This document shows, one piece after another, positions 1 to 12,360 of a stretch of 64,000 bases of DNA (the first letter of the stretch is position 1; each line of letters opens with the position of its first letter). The notes below the pieces were generated by a model that saw only the letters and a list, made by a program, of their open reading frames with translations, was not told the DNA's origin and searched no databases. A program made the position numbers and the translations under genes. The stretch is from the NCBI GenBank assembly GCA_032718475.1, contig JAUCBJ010005507.1, positions 1-64,000 on the forward strand. The letters run 5' to 3'. The stretch is from Nemertoderma westbladi (taxonomy: Eukaryota; Animalia; Xenacoelomorpha).

Positions 1-74
1 ATCCAGAATTTGAGTTTATGTTGAGGAATAACACATTCAAGTTTGTCCAACAGGTTTCGTAATCTGTCATTATC

Positions 75-1178
75 GATTGCCCTTTATTGGTGCGCGGGGG
101 TGTTATATTGTCAGATTGCCCTTTATTGGTGCGCGGGGGTGTTATATTGTCAGATTGACCTTTATTGGTGCGCGGGGGTGTTATATTGTCAGATTGCCCT
201 TTATTGGTGCGCGGGGGTGTTATATTGTCAGATTGACCTTTATTGGTGCGCGGGGGTGTTATATTGTCAGATTGACCTTTATTGGTGCGCGGGGGTGTTA
301 TATTGTCAGATTGACCTTTATTGGTGCGCGGGGGTGTTATATTGTCAGATTGACCTTTATTGGTTCGCGGGGGTGTTATATTGTCAGATTGACCTTTATT
401 GGTGCGCGGGGGTGTTATATTGTCAGATTGACCTTTATTGGTGCGCGGGGGTGATATATTGTCAGATTGCCCTTTATTGGTGCGCGGGGGTGTTATATTG
501 TCAGATTGCCCTTTATTGGTGCGCGGGGGTGTTATATTGTCAGATTGACCTTTATTGGTGCGCGGGGGTGTTATATTGTCAGATTGACCTTTATTGGTGC
601 GCGGGGGTGTTATATTGTCAGATTGACCTTTATTGGTGCGCGGGGGTGTTATATTGTCAGATTGACCTTTATTGGTGCGCGGGGGTGTTATATTGTCAGA
701 TTGCCCTTTATTGGTGCGCGGGGGTGTCATATTGTCAGATTGCCCTTTATTGGTGCGCGGGGGTGTTATATTGTCAGATTGACCTTTATTGGTGCGCGGG
801 GGTGTTATATTGTCAGATTGCCCTTTATTGGTGCGCGGGGGTGTTATATTGTCAGATTGACCTTTATTGGTGCGCGGGGGGTGTTATATTGTCAGATTGA
901 CCTTTATTGGTGCGCGGGGGGTGTTATATTGTCAGATTGACCTTTATTGGTGCGCGGGGGTGTTATATTGTCAGATTGACCTTTATTGGTGCGCGGGGGT
1001 GTTATATTGTCAGATTGCCCTTTATTGGTGCGCGGGGGTGTTATATTGTCAGATTGACCTTTATTGGTGCGCGGGGGTGTTATATTGTCAGATTGACCTT
1101 TATTGGTGCGCGGGGGTGTTATATTGTCAGATTGACCTTTATTGGTGCGCGGGGGTGTTATATTGTCAGATTGACCTT
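75..1178 (+). repeat. 39-bp minisatellite, ~28 copies (GATTG[A/C]CCTTTATTGGTGCGCGGGGGTGTTATATTGTCA)
   Basis: Near-identical head-to-tail units with no unique spacers; lies between a donor-like TG|GTGCGC at 89/90 and a strong acceptor (CTTTTCACCCTTTTTTTAG) ending at 1194. Confidence 0.97.
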
Positions 1179-1659
1179 TTCACCCTTTTTTTAGACAAAA
1201 AGCAAAGTCATCGAATTTGAAGACCTTCTTTGCTTAATTTCCTTATTGACAAGCCGCTATCGGCAATCATGAAGGAATGGTGCGACTCGAAATAATATAT
1301 TATTCCAATGGGATTAAACGGTTAGTTTTGGTTTAGTTAAGTTTAGTGTATATAGTTTTTGAAGAACAACAATGTAACTACTCGAATAAATAAAACTCAG
1401 CTGTAAATAAAAACAACGTATCTAACAGTTGTACGGTAAAACAAAGTAGATAGTAAATATAGTGTTTTACCGTATTAACATTTACCAAAATATGTGATTT
1501 GGCGAGATACGGTGTTTTAGCGACGCTGCTAACTTGTAAACTATACTAAATGGTAGAAAATGGATGGCACCCAGAGAAAGCGCAGCTGTTCGAATTAGCC
1601 AGAATCAATGTAAAAATTAAAATCGAAAATTTTCGAGATACAGTGTTTTACCATACAAC

Positions 1660-1790
1660 GGCAGCAAAGGACACTTTACTTAAAGATGCAGATAATTTCG
1701 CGAAAGTCATGGGTGATGGGGAGTTATGGCGTCGTAATTTTGTTGATATGCCGGCACAGCATTCTCGATGAAATCTGCAATGCACCATGT
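1660..1790 (+). mobile_element. Short 3' remnant of an RTE-like LINE
   Basis: Translates KDTLLKDADNFAKVMGDGELWRRNFVDMPAQHS, nearly the same as the C-terminus of the LINE fragment at 53116-53454 (KDTGLEDADDLANVMGDWELWRRNFVDKPAQHS). Confidence 0.75.
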
Positions 1791-1929
1791 CGATTGTATA
1801 AATAGTACGAGGCGATAGAATTTATTTGGACACCAGGTAAACCTTGGGGTTCTGGAATATTATTATATATATACCTATAAGTACCGCACATTAAGAGGTT
1901 AACGTTTACTAGTAGCGTTCTACGTAGAA

Positions 1930-2499
1930 ATGGAACAATCGGGATTGGATAATGATGCGGCGTCCCTTGGCAATAACAAACGATTGGAGAAGCCCCGTAG
2001 ACGGAGTAGTCTCCCTCCTATTTTTTTTCCTAATCTCAGTAAGGGCACCACAAGCGAAATCAATAAGTCAAACACAAACCGAAAAATGGAAAATTACAAA
2101 CAGAAAATAGCCGAAACTAAAGAAAGACTTCGGACGGCGTTCGCGAAAAGGGATAACATATTCAAGGCATACTTAGAACTCGCGAGAAAATCGACAAAAA
2201 CTGAGGATGAGATGGATGAACTCAACAAGGTAATTGAAAGCCATCAAATGGCTAAAAGGATTATATCAATTCTACAATCTGTGTTGGATGAAAACAAATC
2301 AAAGTTGAGATATTTAGAGTCGCAACAGCAGGAATACGAGGTGTTTTATAAATACACGGGAGATTTGAGTGAAATCGATTCGCAATATTTACGGTCGTCG
2401 CCGGACGCACAGCTGGGACTAAGCAACGACGCTGGTTGGGGGAGTGATACAGTAAGACGCGAAAATAAAACAGGTCGCCGTGATTATTCGATCTTATAG
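1930..2499 (+). CDS. Hypothetical 189-aa coiled-coil protein
   Basis: Non-repetitive 570-nt ORF in AT-rich DNA, charged helical core (KQKIAETKERLRTAF...LDENKSKLRYLESQQQE), RRRSSLP basophilic motif, acceptor-like TTCTACGTAG just before the ATG. No family recognised. Confidence 0.55.
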   Translation: MEQSGLDNDAASLGNNKRLEKPRRRSSLPPIFFPNLSKGTTSEINKSNTNRKMENYKQKIAETKERLRTAFAKRDNIFKAYLELARKSTKTEDEMDELNKVIESHQMAKRIISILQSVLDENKSKLRYLESQQQEYEVFYKYTGDLSEIDSQYLRSSPDAQLGLSNDAGWGSDTVRRENKTGRRDYSIL

Positions 2500-3066
2500 G
2501 CCTAAACGGTACGGACGGACGGATTAGAGCAACTAACTAAACAGAAACACAAATCCCATTCGCTTCTATGACGCCCAACAGACAACTTTGGATAAAATAA
2601 TCTCACATGACCTTTCGCTACTAGCGAGTCTACATTGTACGAACTCTCGGTTTACGTAACTAAACCGCCCAAATACACAGCAACAGACATATTACAATGT
2701 TAATAATATACAGAAAAAAAAACAATTATACCGATAATATATTATTTTTATGTTGTGAACATGAGGGAGAAGAACATCCAAGGTGTTATAAACTCAAAAT
2801 ACGTAATAAATTATATCTAGTTTTTGCAATTTATATTTATGATCATGTTCTAGAACATGTTAGATAATTTAAAAAAGTCAAAGTTGTATGTTGTGTTTTA
2901 GGACTTTTAAAAAAATAATAAAAAAATCTGTACTATTTTTATTTTCGGGAAATGCCCTAGCTATTCAAAAATAGACTAAAAAATGTTCTAGTACAAATAG
3001 TTTTTGTTCTAGAATCCTTTAAAAATATATAGTAGATATTATATATACATTTTTTTTTAGATTTTC

Positions 3067-6000
3067 ACAAACCTGTATACTTGGGGACCAGGAGTGAGTC
3101 CTGTATGTATTTTATTGGAATTATTCCCGTATTGCTCACACACCTGTATACTTGGGGACCAGGAGTGAGTCCTGTCAGTATTTTATTGGATTTATTCCCG
3201 TATTGCTCACACACCTGTATACTTGGGGACCAGGAGTGAGTCCTGTCAGTATTTTATTGGAATTATTCCCGTATTGCTCACACACCTGTATACTTGGGGA
3301 CCAGGAGTGAGTCCTGTCAGTATTTTATTGGAATTATTCCCGTATTGCTCACACACCTGTATACTTGGGGACCAGGAGTGAGTCCTGGCAGTATTTTATT
3401 GGAATTATTCCCGTATTGCTCACACACCTGTATACTTGGGGACCAGGAGTGAGTCCTGGCAGTATTTTATTGGAATTATTCCCGTATTGCTCACACACCT
3501 GTATACTTGGGGACCAGGAGTGAGTCCTGTCAGTATTTTATTGGATTTATTCCCGTATTGCTCACACACCTGTATACTTGGGGACCAGGAGTGAGTCCTG
3601 TATGTATTTTATTGGAATTATTCCCGTATTGCTCACACACCTGTATACTTGGGGACCAGGAGTGAGTCCTGGCAGTATTTTATTGGAATTATTCCCGTAT
3701 TGCTCACACACCTGTATACTTGGGGACCAGGAGTGAGTCCTGTCAGTATTTTATTGGATTTATTCCCGTATTGCTCACACACCTGTATACTTGGGGACCA
3801 GGAGTGAGTCCTGTCTGTATTTTATTGGAATTATTCCCGTATTGCTCACACACCTGTATACTTGGGGACCAGGAGTGAGTCCTGTCAGTATTTTATTGGA
3901 TTTATTCCCGTATTGCTCACACACCTGTATACTTGGGGACCAGGAGTGAGTCCTGTCAGTATTTTATTGGAATTATTCCCGTATTGCTCACACACCTGTA
4001 TACTTGGGGACCAGGAGTGAGTCCTGTCAGTATTTTATTGGAATTATTCCCGTATTGCTCACACACCTGTATACTTGGGGACCAGGAGTGAGTCCTGGCA
4101 GTATTTTATTGGAATTATTCCCGTATTGCTCACACACCTGTATACTTGGGGACCAGGAGTGAGTCCTGTCTGTATTTTATTGGAATTATTCCCGTATTGC
4201 TCACACACCTGTATACTTGGGGACCAGGAGTGAGTCCTGTATGTATTTTATTGGAATTATTCCCGTATTGCTCACACACCTGTATACTTGGGGACCAGGA
4301 GTGAGTCCTGGCAGTATTTTATTGGAATTATTCCCGTATTGCTCACACACCTGTATACTTGGGGACCAGGAGTGAGTCCTGTCAGTATTTTATTGGATTT
4401 ATTCCCGTATTGCTCACACACCTGTATACTTGGGGACCAGGAGTGAGTCCTGTCTGTATTTTATTGGAATTATTCCCGTATTGCTCACACACCTGTATAC
4501 TTGGGGACCAGGAGTGAGTCCTGTCAGTATTTTATTGGAATTATTCCCGTATTGCTCACACACCTGTATACTTGGGGACCAGGAGTGAGTCCTGTCAGTA
4601 TTTTATTGGAATTATTCCCGTATTGCTCACACACCTGTATACTTGGGGACCAGGAGTGAGTCCTGTATGTATTTTATTGGAATTATTCCCGTATTGCTCA
4701 CACACCTGTATACTTGGGGACCAGGAGTGAGTCCTGGCAGTATTTTATTGGAATTATTCCCGTATTGCTCACACACCTGTATACTTGGGGACCAGGAGTG
4801 AGTCCTGGCAGTATTTTATTGGAATTATTCCCGTATTGCTCACACACCTGTATACTTGGGGACCAGGAGTGAGTCCTGTCTGTATTTTATTGGAATTATT
4901 CCCGTATTGCTCACACACCTGTATACTTGGGGACCAGGAGTGAGTCCTGGCAGTATTTTATTGGAATTATTCCCGTATTGCTCACACACCTGTATACTTG
5001 GGGACCAGGAGTGAGTCCTGGCAGTATTTTATTGGAATTATTCCCGTATTGCTCACACACCTGTATACTTGGGGACCAGGAGTGAGTCCTGTCAGTATTT
5101 TATTGGATTTATTCCCGTATTGCTCACACACCTGTATACTTGGGGACCAGGAGTGAGTCCTGGCAGTATTTTATTGGAATTATTCCCGTATTGCTCACAC
5201 ACCTGTATACTTGGGGACCAGGAGTGAGTCCTGTCAGTATTTTATTGGAATTATTCCCGTATTGCTCACACACCTGTATACTTGGGGACCAGGAGTGAGT
5301 CCTGTCAGTATTTTATTGGATTTATTCCCGTATTGCTCACACACCTGTATACTTGGGGACCAGGAGTGAGTCCTGTCAGTATTTTATTGGAATTATTCCC
5401 GTATTGCTCACACACCTGTATACTTGGGGACCAGGAGTGAGTCCTGTATGTATTTTATTGGAATTATTCCCGTATTGCTCACACACCTGTATACTTGGGG
5501 ACCAGGAGTGAGTCCTGGCAGTATTTTATTGGAATTATTCCCGTATTGCTCACACACCTGTATACTTGGGGACCAGGAGTGAGTCCTGTCAGTATTTTAT
5601 TGGAATTATTCCCGTATTGCTCACACACCTGTATACTTGGGGACCAGGAGTGAGTCCTGGCAGTATTTTATTGGAATTATTCCCGTATTGCTCACACACC
5701 TGTATACTTGGGGACCAGGAGTGAGTCCTGGCAGTATTTTATTGGAATTATTCCCGTATTGCTCACACACCTGTATACTTGGGGACCAGGAGTGAGTCCT
5801 GGCAGTATTTTATTGGAATTATTCCCGTATTGCTCACACACCTGTATACTTGGGGACCAGGAGTGAGTCCTGTCTGTATTTTATTGGAATTATTCCCGTA
5901 TTGCTCACACACCTGTATACTTGGGGACCAGGAGTGAGTCCTGTCTGTATTTTATTGGAATTATTCCCGTATTGCTCACACACCTGTATACTTGGGGACC

Positions 6001-6970
6001 AGGAGTGAGTCCTGTCTGTATTTTATTGGAATTATTCCCGTATTGCTCACACACCTGTATACTTGGGGACCAGGAGTGAGTCCTGGCAGTATTTTATTGG
6101 AATTATTCCCGTATTGCTCACACACCTGTATACTTGGGGACCAGGAGTGAGTCCTGGCAGTATTTTATTGGAATTATTCCCGTATTGCTCACACACCTGT
6201 ATACTTGGGGACCAGGAGTGAGTCCTGGCAGTATTTTATTGGAATTATTCCCGTATTGCTCACACACCTGTATACTTGGGGACCAGGAGTGAGTCCTGGC
6301 AGTATTTTATTGGAATTATTCCCGTATTGCTCACACACCTGTATACTTGGGGACCAGGAGTGAGTCCTGGCAGTATTTTATTGGAATTATTCCCGTATTG
6401 CTCACACACCTGTATACTTGGGGACCAGGAGTGAGTCCTGGCAGTATTTTATTGGAATTATTCCCGTATTGCTCACACACCTGTATACTTGGGGACCAGG
6501 AGTGAGTCCTGGCAGTATTTTATTGGAATTATTCCCGTATTGCTCACACACCTGTATACTTGGGGACCAGGAGTGAGTCCTGGCAGTATTTTATTTGAAT
6601 TATTCCCGTATTGCTCACACACCTGTATACTTGGGGACCAGGAGTGAGTCCTGGCAGTATTTTATTGGAATTATTCCCGTATTGCTCACACACCTGTATA
6701 CTTGGGGACCAGGAGTGAGTCCTGTCTGTATTTTATTGGAATTATTCCCGTATTGCTCACACACCTGTATACTTGGGGACCAGGAGTGAGTCCTGTCTGT
6801 ATTTTATTGGAATTATTCCCGTATTGCTCACACACCTGTATACTTGGGGACCAGGAGTGAGTCCTGTCTGTATTTTATTGGAATTATTCCCGTATTGCTC
6901 ACACACCTGTATACTTGGGGACCAGGAGTGAGTCCTGTCTGTATTTTATTGGAATTATTCCCGTATTGCT
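3067..6970 (-). repeat. 71-bp minisatellite, ~55 copies; unit = last 64 nt of exon 7057-6907 plus donor GTGTGTG
   Basis: (6907-3073)/71 = 54 periods exactly. Minus-strand unit AGCAATACGGGAATAATTCC...CCAAGTATACAG|GTGTGTG; the last copy ends ACAG|GTTTGT at 3072. Confidence 0.97.
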
Positions 6971-7057
6971 GAGAAGGTTTAGGAACTTCTTCGTGCGCTA
7001 ATCTTTCAAACTTCTGGAGAGCGGCGTTTTTCGATTCTTGGGCTGCCCGAATTTCCT
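6907..7057 (-). CDS. Large minus-strand gene, exon (EEIRAAQESKNAALQKFERLAHEEVPKPSQQYG...PQVY)
   Basis: Acceptor TTGTGTTTAG, phase 1 in (matches exon 7397-7291), phase 2 out at AG|GTGTGT. Downstream exons not identified. Confidence 0.75.
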
Positions 7058-7290
7058 CTAAACACAATAATAATAGATTATAATCACCGAATTTAAACCA
7101 ATACGAAATAACTTTATATTTGATGCTCTAAATTAGAAACGTCTTACAAAGTTTCATAAGCAGTTGAGTGGAATAAAACAGAGAACCTTGCCGTGTTCTA
7201 TAATAACCGTTCTCACTCCCGATAGTAACATCTTAGTACCAAAACCCTGCACCACACTGCATATACGACCGTAGGTACTGCTCAACTAAC

Positions 7291-7397
7291 CCGCGTTCGT
7301 CCGATCAACATGAACGTTATCCTGTTCCCTTGGTTCCTCGAACCTCTGCATCACCGAACGCAGACCGCCTTCCACAGTCGGAGGAAGTTCGCCTTCC
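7291..7397 (-). CDS. Large minus-strand gene, exon (EGELPPTVEGGLRSVMQRFEEPREQDNVHVDRTNA)
   Basis: Acceptor TTTATTGTTTTCAG, donor G|GTTAGT; phase 2 in and phase 1 out match both neighbours; open frame not in the ORF track. Confidence 0.8.
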
Positions 7398-7439
7398 CTG
7401 AAAACAATAAACCCATAGACTACTGAGTGCGGAACTCAC

Positions 7440-7632
7440 CTATAGAGGGCGCGTTGAACTCTAATGGTTCGTCGAAACTATAACGAGTTGACATTTCGTC
7501 CCGCCAGGAGACCTTCCGAATGTAGCGGGTAGGATGAATGTCGGACTCGGACTCGGAACCGGAATCACAAGCGACTGGTACGATGTAGACAGGCACATCG
7601 TCCTCTATTATCGTACGTCCGTCCGCGTCCAT
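7440..7632 (-). CDS. Possible alternative first exon (MDADGRTIIEDDVPVY...EFNAPSI)
   Basis: Protein-like ORF ending in a perfect donor G|GTGAGT (phase 1), compatible with exon 7057 but not with exon 7397 (42-nt gap, wrong phase); no good upstream acceptor. Confidence 0.45.
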
Positions 7633-7877
7633 ATTGCACGAAACCCAATGGGAAATGTTCACCAAGTCACACAAATAATATTAAAATGACCCAAACCAAG
7701 TCACACAAATAATATTAAAATGACCCAACTAACAATCAAGTTGTTTTAATTTTATTAACTTAGTGACATAACTAGTTCTTATCAGTTATTGAACCTTGCC
7801 CAGAACATTAGGGAGTAATTATTCTATCTTAAAACAAAGGAATTAATTAACAGAGTGTACAGTAAGAGATTACTCAC

Positions 7878-8283
7878 GGAGATGACTCATCCTTGTGACG
7901 TTGAATCTCCATAACAACGGGTTTGACATCATCTATTTGGGTGTGACTAGGAGGGGGGCTTTGTACGGGGCTGGGAGGGGGGCTCTCAGTCACATAGACT
8001 GCGTCGGCTGGGGGTGACCTGACCACATCCACATAATGAGACTGATTCGTTGCTGGGAGAGACTGGTAAACCCGATCAGTAGAATCATTGAGGTTCTCAT
8101 CCTTGGCAGCAGTGTCGTATTCTAGCTTATTCTCGTAGACCATCTCGTATGCGACTCCATCGTCAGTGGGTTGCCTGGTAACAGTGGAGCTGATCCTACG
8201 AATATCGACGTTTTCGTAAATGTCATCGTCGTCGCTAACATCTGGGATAATGTCACCGCCAGACGCCGATACGATAATCAGAT
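7878..8283 (-). CDS. Large minus-strand gene, exon (DLIIVSASGGDIIPDVSDDDDIYENV...KDESSP)
   Basis: Acceptor TTTTTTCCTTGTGGCAG (phase 1), donor CC|GTGAGT (phase 2); acidic and Pro-rich, with YENV/YEMV/YENK tyrosine motifs. Confidence 0.8.
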
Positions 8284-8344
8284 CTGCCACAAGGAAAAAA
8301 TAATTAGTTATTAATGTAGTTTGGTTTATTAATAACATAACGGA

Positions 8345-11300
8345 GTGTCCCCTCTCTCACCATACAACCCACCTCTCTCATCCTCTGGTGGTGTCTCCCT
8401 TCTCTCCCCATACAACCTACCTCTCTCATCCTCTGGTGGTGTCTCCCCTCTCTCCCCATACAACCTACCTCTCTCATCCTCTGGTGGAGTCTCCCTTCTC
8501 TCCCCATACAACCTACCTCTCTCATCCTCTGGTGGAGTCTCCCCTCTCTCCCCATACAACCTACTTCTCTCATCCTCTGGTGGTGTCTCCCTTCTCTCCC
8601 CATACAACCTACCTCTCTCATCCTCTGGTGGAGTCTCCCCTCTCTCCCCATACAGCCTACCTCTCTCATCCTCTGGTGGAGTCTCCCCTCTCTCCCCATA
8701 CAACCCACCTCTCTCATCCTCTGGTGGTGTCTCCCTTCTCTCCCCATACAACCTACCTCTCTCATCCTCTGGTGGAGTCTCCTTTCTCTCCCCATAAAAC
8801 CTACCTCTCTCATCCTCTGGTGGAGTCTCCCTTCTCTCCCCATACAACCTACCTCTCTCATCCTCTGGTGGAGTCTCCCCTCTCTCCCCATACAACCTAC
8901 TTCTCTCATCCTCTGGTGGTGTCTCCCTTCTCTCCCCATACAACCTACCTCTCTCATCCTCTGGTGGAGTCTCCCCTCTCTCCCCATACAACCTACCTCT
9001 CTCATCCTCTGGTGGAGTCTCCCTTCTCTCCCCATACAACCTACTTCTCTCATCCTCTGGTGGTGTCTCCCTTCTCTCCCCATACAACCTACCTCTCTCA
9101 TCCTCTGGTGGAGTCTCCCCTCTCTCCCCATACAACCTACCTCTCTCATCCTCTGGTGGAGTCTCCCTTCTCTCCCCATACAACCTACCTCTCTCATCCG
9201 CTGGTGGAGTCTCCCCTCTCTCCCCATACAACCCACCTCTCTCATCCGCTGGTGGTGTCTCCCTTCTCTCCCCATACAACCTACCTCTCTCCCCATACAA
9301 CCCACCTCTCTCATCCGCTGGTGGAGTCTCCCCTCTCTCCCCATACAACCCACCTCTCTCATCCGCTGGTGGTGTCTCCCTTCTCTCCCCATACAACCTA
9401 CCTCTCTCCCCATACAACCCACCTCTCTCATCCTCTGGTGGAGTCTCCCTTATCTCCCCATACAACCTACCTCTCTCATCCTCTGGTGGTGTCTCCCTTC
9501 TCTCCCCATACAACCTACCTCTCTCATCCTCTGGTGGTGTCTCCCTTCTCTCCCCATACAACCTACCTCTCTCATCCTCTGGTGGAGTCTCCCTTCTCTC
9601 CCCCATACAACCCACCTCTCTCATCCTCTGGTGGAGTCTCCCTTCTCTCCCCATACAACCTACCTCTCTCATCCGCTGGTGGTGTCTCCCTTCTCTCCCC
9701 ATACAACCTACCTCTCTCATCCTCTGGTGGAGTCTCCCTTCTCTCCCCATACAACCTACCTCTCTCATCCTCTGGTGGTGTCTCCCTTCTCTCCCCATAC
9801 AACCTACCTCTCTCATCCTCTGGTGGTGTCTCCCTTCTCTCCCCATACAACCTACCTCTCTCATCCTCTGGTGGAGTCTCCCTTCTCTCCCCCATACAAC
9901 CCACCTCTCTCATCCTCTGGTGGAGTCTCCCTTCTCTCCCCATACAACCTACCTCTCTCATCCGCTGGTGGTGTCTCCCTTCTCTCCCCATACAACCTAC
10001 CTCTCTCATCCTCTGGTGGAGTCTCCCTTCTCTCCCCATACAACCTACCTTTCTCATCCTCTGGTGGAGTCTCCCTTCTCTCCCCCTACAACCCACCTCT
10101 CTCATCCTCTGGTGGAGTCTCCCTTCTCTCCCCATACAACCTACCTCTATCATCCTCTGGTGGAGTCTCCCTTCTCTCCCCATACAACCTACCTCTCTCA
10201 TCCTCTGGTGGAGTCTCCCTTCTCTCCCCATACAACCTACCTTTCTCATCCTCTGGTGGAGTCTCCCTTCTCTCCCCCTACAACCCACCTCTCTCATCCT
10301 CTGGTGGTGTCTCCCCTCTCTCCCCATACAACCTACCTCTCTCATCCTCTGGTGGAGTCTCCTTTCTCTCCCCATACAACCTACCTCTCTCATCCTCTGG
10401 TGGTGTCTCCCCTCTCTCCCCATACAACCTACCTCTCTCATCCTCTGGTGGAGTCTCCCTTCTCTCCCCATACAACCTACCTCTCTCATCCTCTGGTGGA
10501 GTCTCCCCTCTCTCCCCATACAACCTACTTCTCTCATCCTCTGGTGGTGTCTCCCTTCTCTCCCCATACAACCTACCTCTCTCATCCTCTGGTGGAGTCT
10601 CCCCTCTCTCCCCATACAACCTACCTCTCTCATCCTCTGGTGGAGTCTCCCCTCTCTCCCCATACAACCCACCTCTCTCATCCTCTGGTGGTGTCTCCCT
10701 TCTCTCCCCATACAACCTACCTCTCTCATCCTCTGGTGGAGTCTCCTTTCTCTCCCCATAAAACCTACCTCTCTCATCCTCTGGTGGAGTCTCCCTTCTC
10801 TCCCCATACAACCTACCTCTCTCATCCTTTGGTGGAGTCTCCCCTCTCTCCCCATACAACCTACTTCTCTCATCCTCTGGTGGTGTCTCCCTTCTCTCCC
10901 CATACAACCTACCTCTCTCATCCTCTGGTGGAGTCTCCCCTCTCTCCCCATACAACCTACCTCTCTCATCCTCTGGTGGAGTCTCCCTTCTCTCCCCATA
11001 CAACCTACTTCTCTCATCCTCTGGTGGTGTCTCCCTTCTCTCCCCATACAACCTACCTCTCTCATCCTCTGGTGGAGTCTCCCCTCTCTCCCCATACAAC
11101 CTACCTCTCTCATCCTCTGGTGGAGTCTCCCCTCTCTCCCCATACAACCCACCTCTCTCATCCTCTGGTGGAGTCTCCCTTCTCTCCCCCTACAACCCAC
11201 CTCTCTCATCCTCTGGTGGAGTCTCCCCTCTCTCCCCATACAACCTACCTCTCTCATCCTCCGGTGGTGTCTCCCTTTTCTCCCCATACAACCCACCTCT

Positions 11301-11673
11301 CTCATCCTCTGGTGGAGTCTCCCTTCTCTCCCCATACAACCTACCTCTCTCATCCTCCGGTGGTGTCTCCCTTTTCTCCCCATACAACCCACCTCTCTCA
11401 TCCTCTGGTGGAGTCTCCCTTCTCTCCCCCTACAACCCACCTCTCTCATCCTCTGGTGGAGTCTCCCCTCTCTCCCCATACAACCTACCTCTCTCATCCT
11501 CCGGTGGTGTCTCCCTTTTCTCCCCATACAACCCACCTCTCTCATCCTCTGGTGGAGTCTCCCTTCTCTCCCCCTACAACCCACCTCTCTCATCCTCTGG
11601 TGGAGTCTCCCCTCTCTCCCCATACAACCCACCTCTCTCATCCTCCGGTGGTGTCTCCCTTTTCTCCCCATAC
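8345..11673 (-). repeat. 48-bp minisatellite, ~69 copies; unit = exon end plus donor GAGAG|GT[A/G]GGT
   Basis: Minus-strand unit GTAGGTTGTATGGGGAGAGAAGGGAGACTCCACCAGAGGATGAGAGAG; the first copy is continuous with exon 11753-11633. Confidence 0.97.
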
Positions 11674-11753
11674 ACTTCGTATGAATGATCGGACAACGAA
11701 TCAACTTCCAATTCCCCCACAACGTTTTCTTCTCTTTCTCCGGAATCGATCGA
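11633..11753 (-). CDS. Large minus-strand gene, exon (SIDSGEREENVVGELEVDSLSDHSYEVYGEKRETPPEDER)
   Basis: Acceptor TTTCCCTTAAATTAG phase 0; first donor AG|GTGGGT phase 1, matching exon 8283. Confidence 0.75.
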
Positions 11754-12360
11754 CTAATTTAAGGGAAAATAATAATAAATTACAAAATAATCAAACTCGA
11801 AATTATGAATTTAAGTTACTTAATTGTAATGTAACATTAATTAACCTACTGGTTGACTCATATTAAACGAAATACTAATAAAAGATTTAATTAAAAAATG
11901 GTTAAACCAAATTAAATAATCGCTGTTTTATAACATGTAATTAAAATAAGAAAAATCAATTATGGGAGTATTTGTTAGTTTGATTGAATCAAAGAGTTAG
12001 TTTATCAAACCATCACAAATTATTGAATCATACAATATTAGTGCATTTAATAATGTTGCATCATCACAAATTATTGAATGATTGTTAGTGAATTTATCAA
12101 TCTTGTATTATCACAAATTATATCAAAGTGAATTGAATCATACACTATTAATGCATTCATCATTTATAAATTTTACACTCATTACGCCCACACTCATTAT
12201 TCTCAATAAAGATATTGTTTGACCAAAAAGCTGTAATATTAGTTCACCAACTTAACACATGCAATTATATATTGCCAATATTACGACGAGTTACAAAAAG
12301 AGCAAAAGTATCGAAAACAATCGGATATCCCACCAGCATGCCAAAATGTCCAACCTCTAT

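Noticed and set aside
43-1220. ORFs with YWCAGVLYCQID / FIGARGCYIVRLT repeats
   Set aside because: By-products of a 39-bp unit lacking stops in two frames; no unique coding context.
1195-1272. EF-hand-like terminal exon TKSKVIEFEDLLCLISLL
   Set aside because: Only a vague resemblance, and no phase-compatible upstream coding exon in the window.
3067-6970. CRISPR array interpretation of this and the other regular arrays
   Set aside because: Units are head-to-tail with no unique spacers, there are no cas genes, and the context is eukaryotic and intronic.
8304-11866. Multiple 300-1100-aa ORFs on both strands
   Set aside because: Open in nearly all frames because the 48-bp unit is stop-poor; only the frame continuous with exon 11753 has support, and it stops early.
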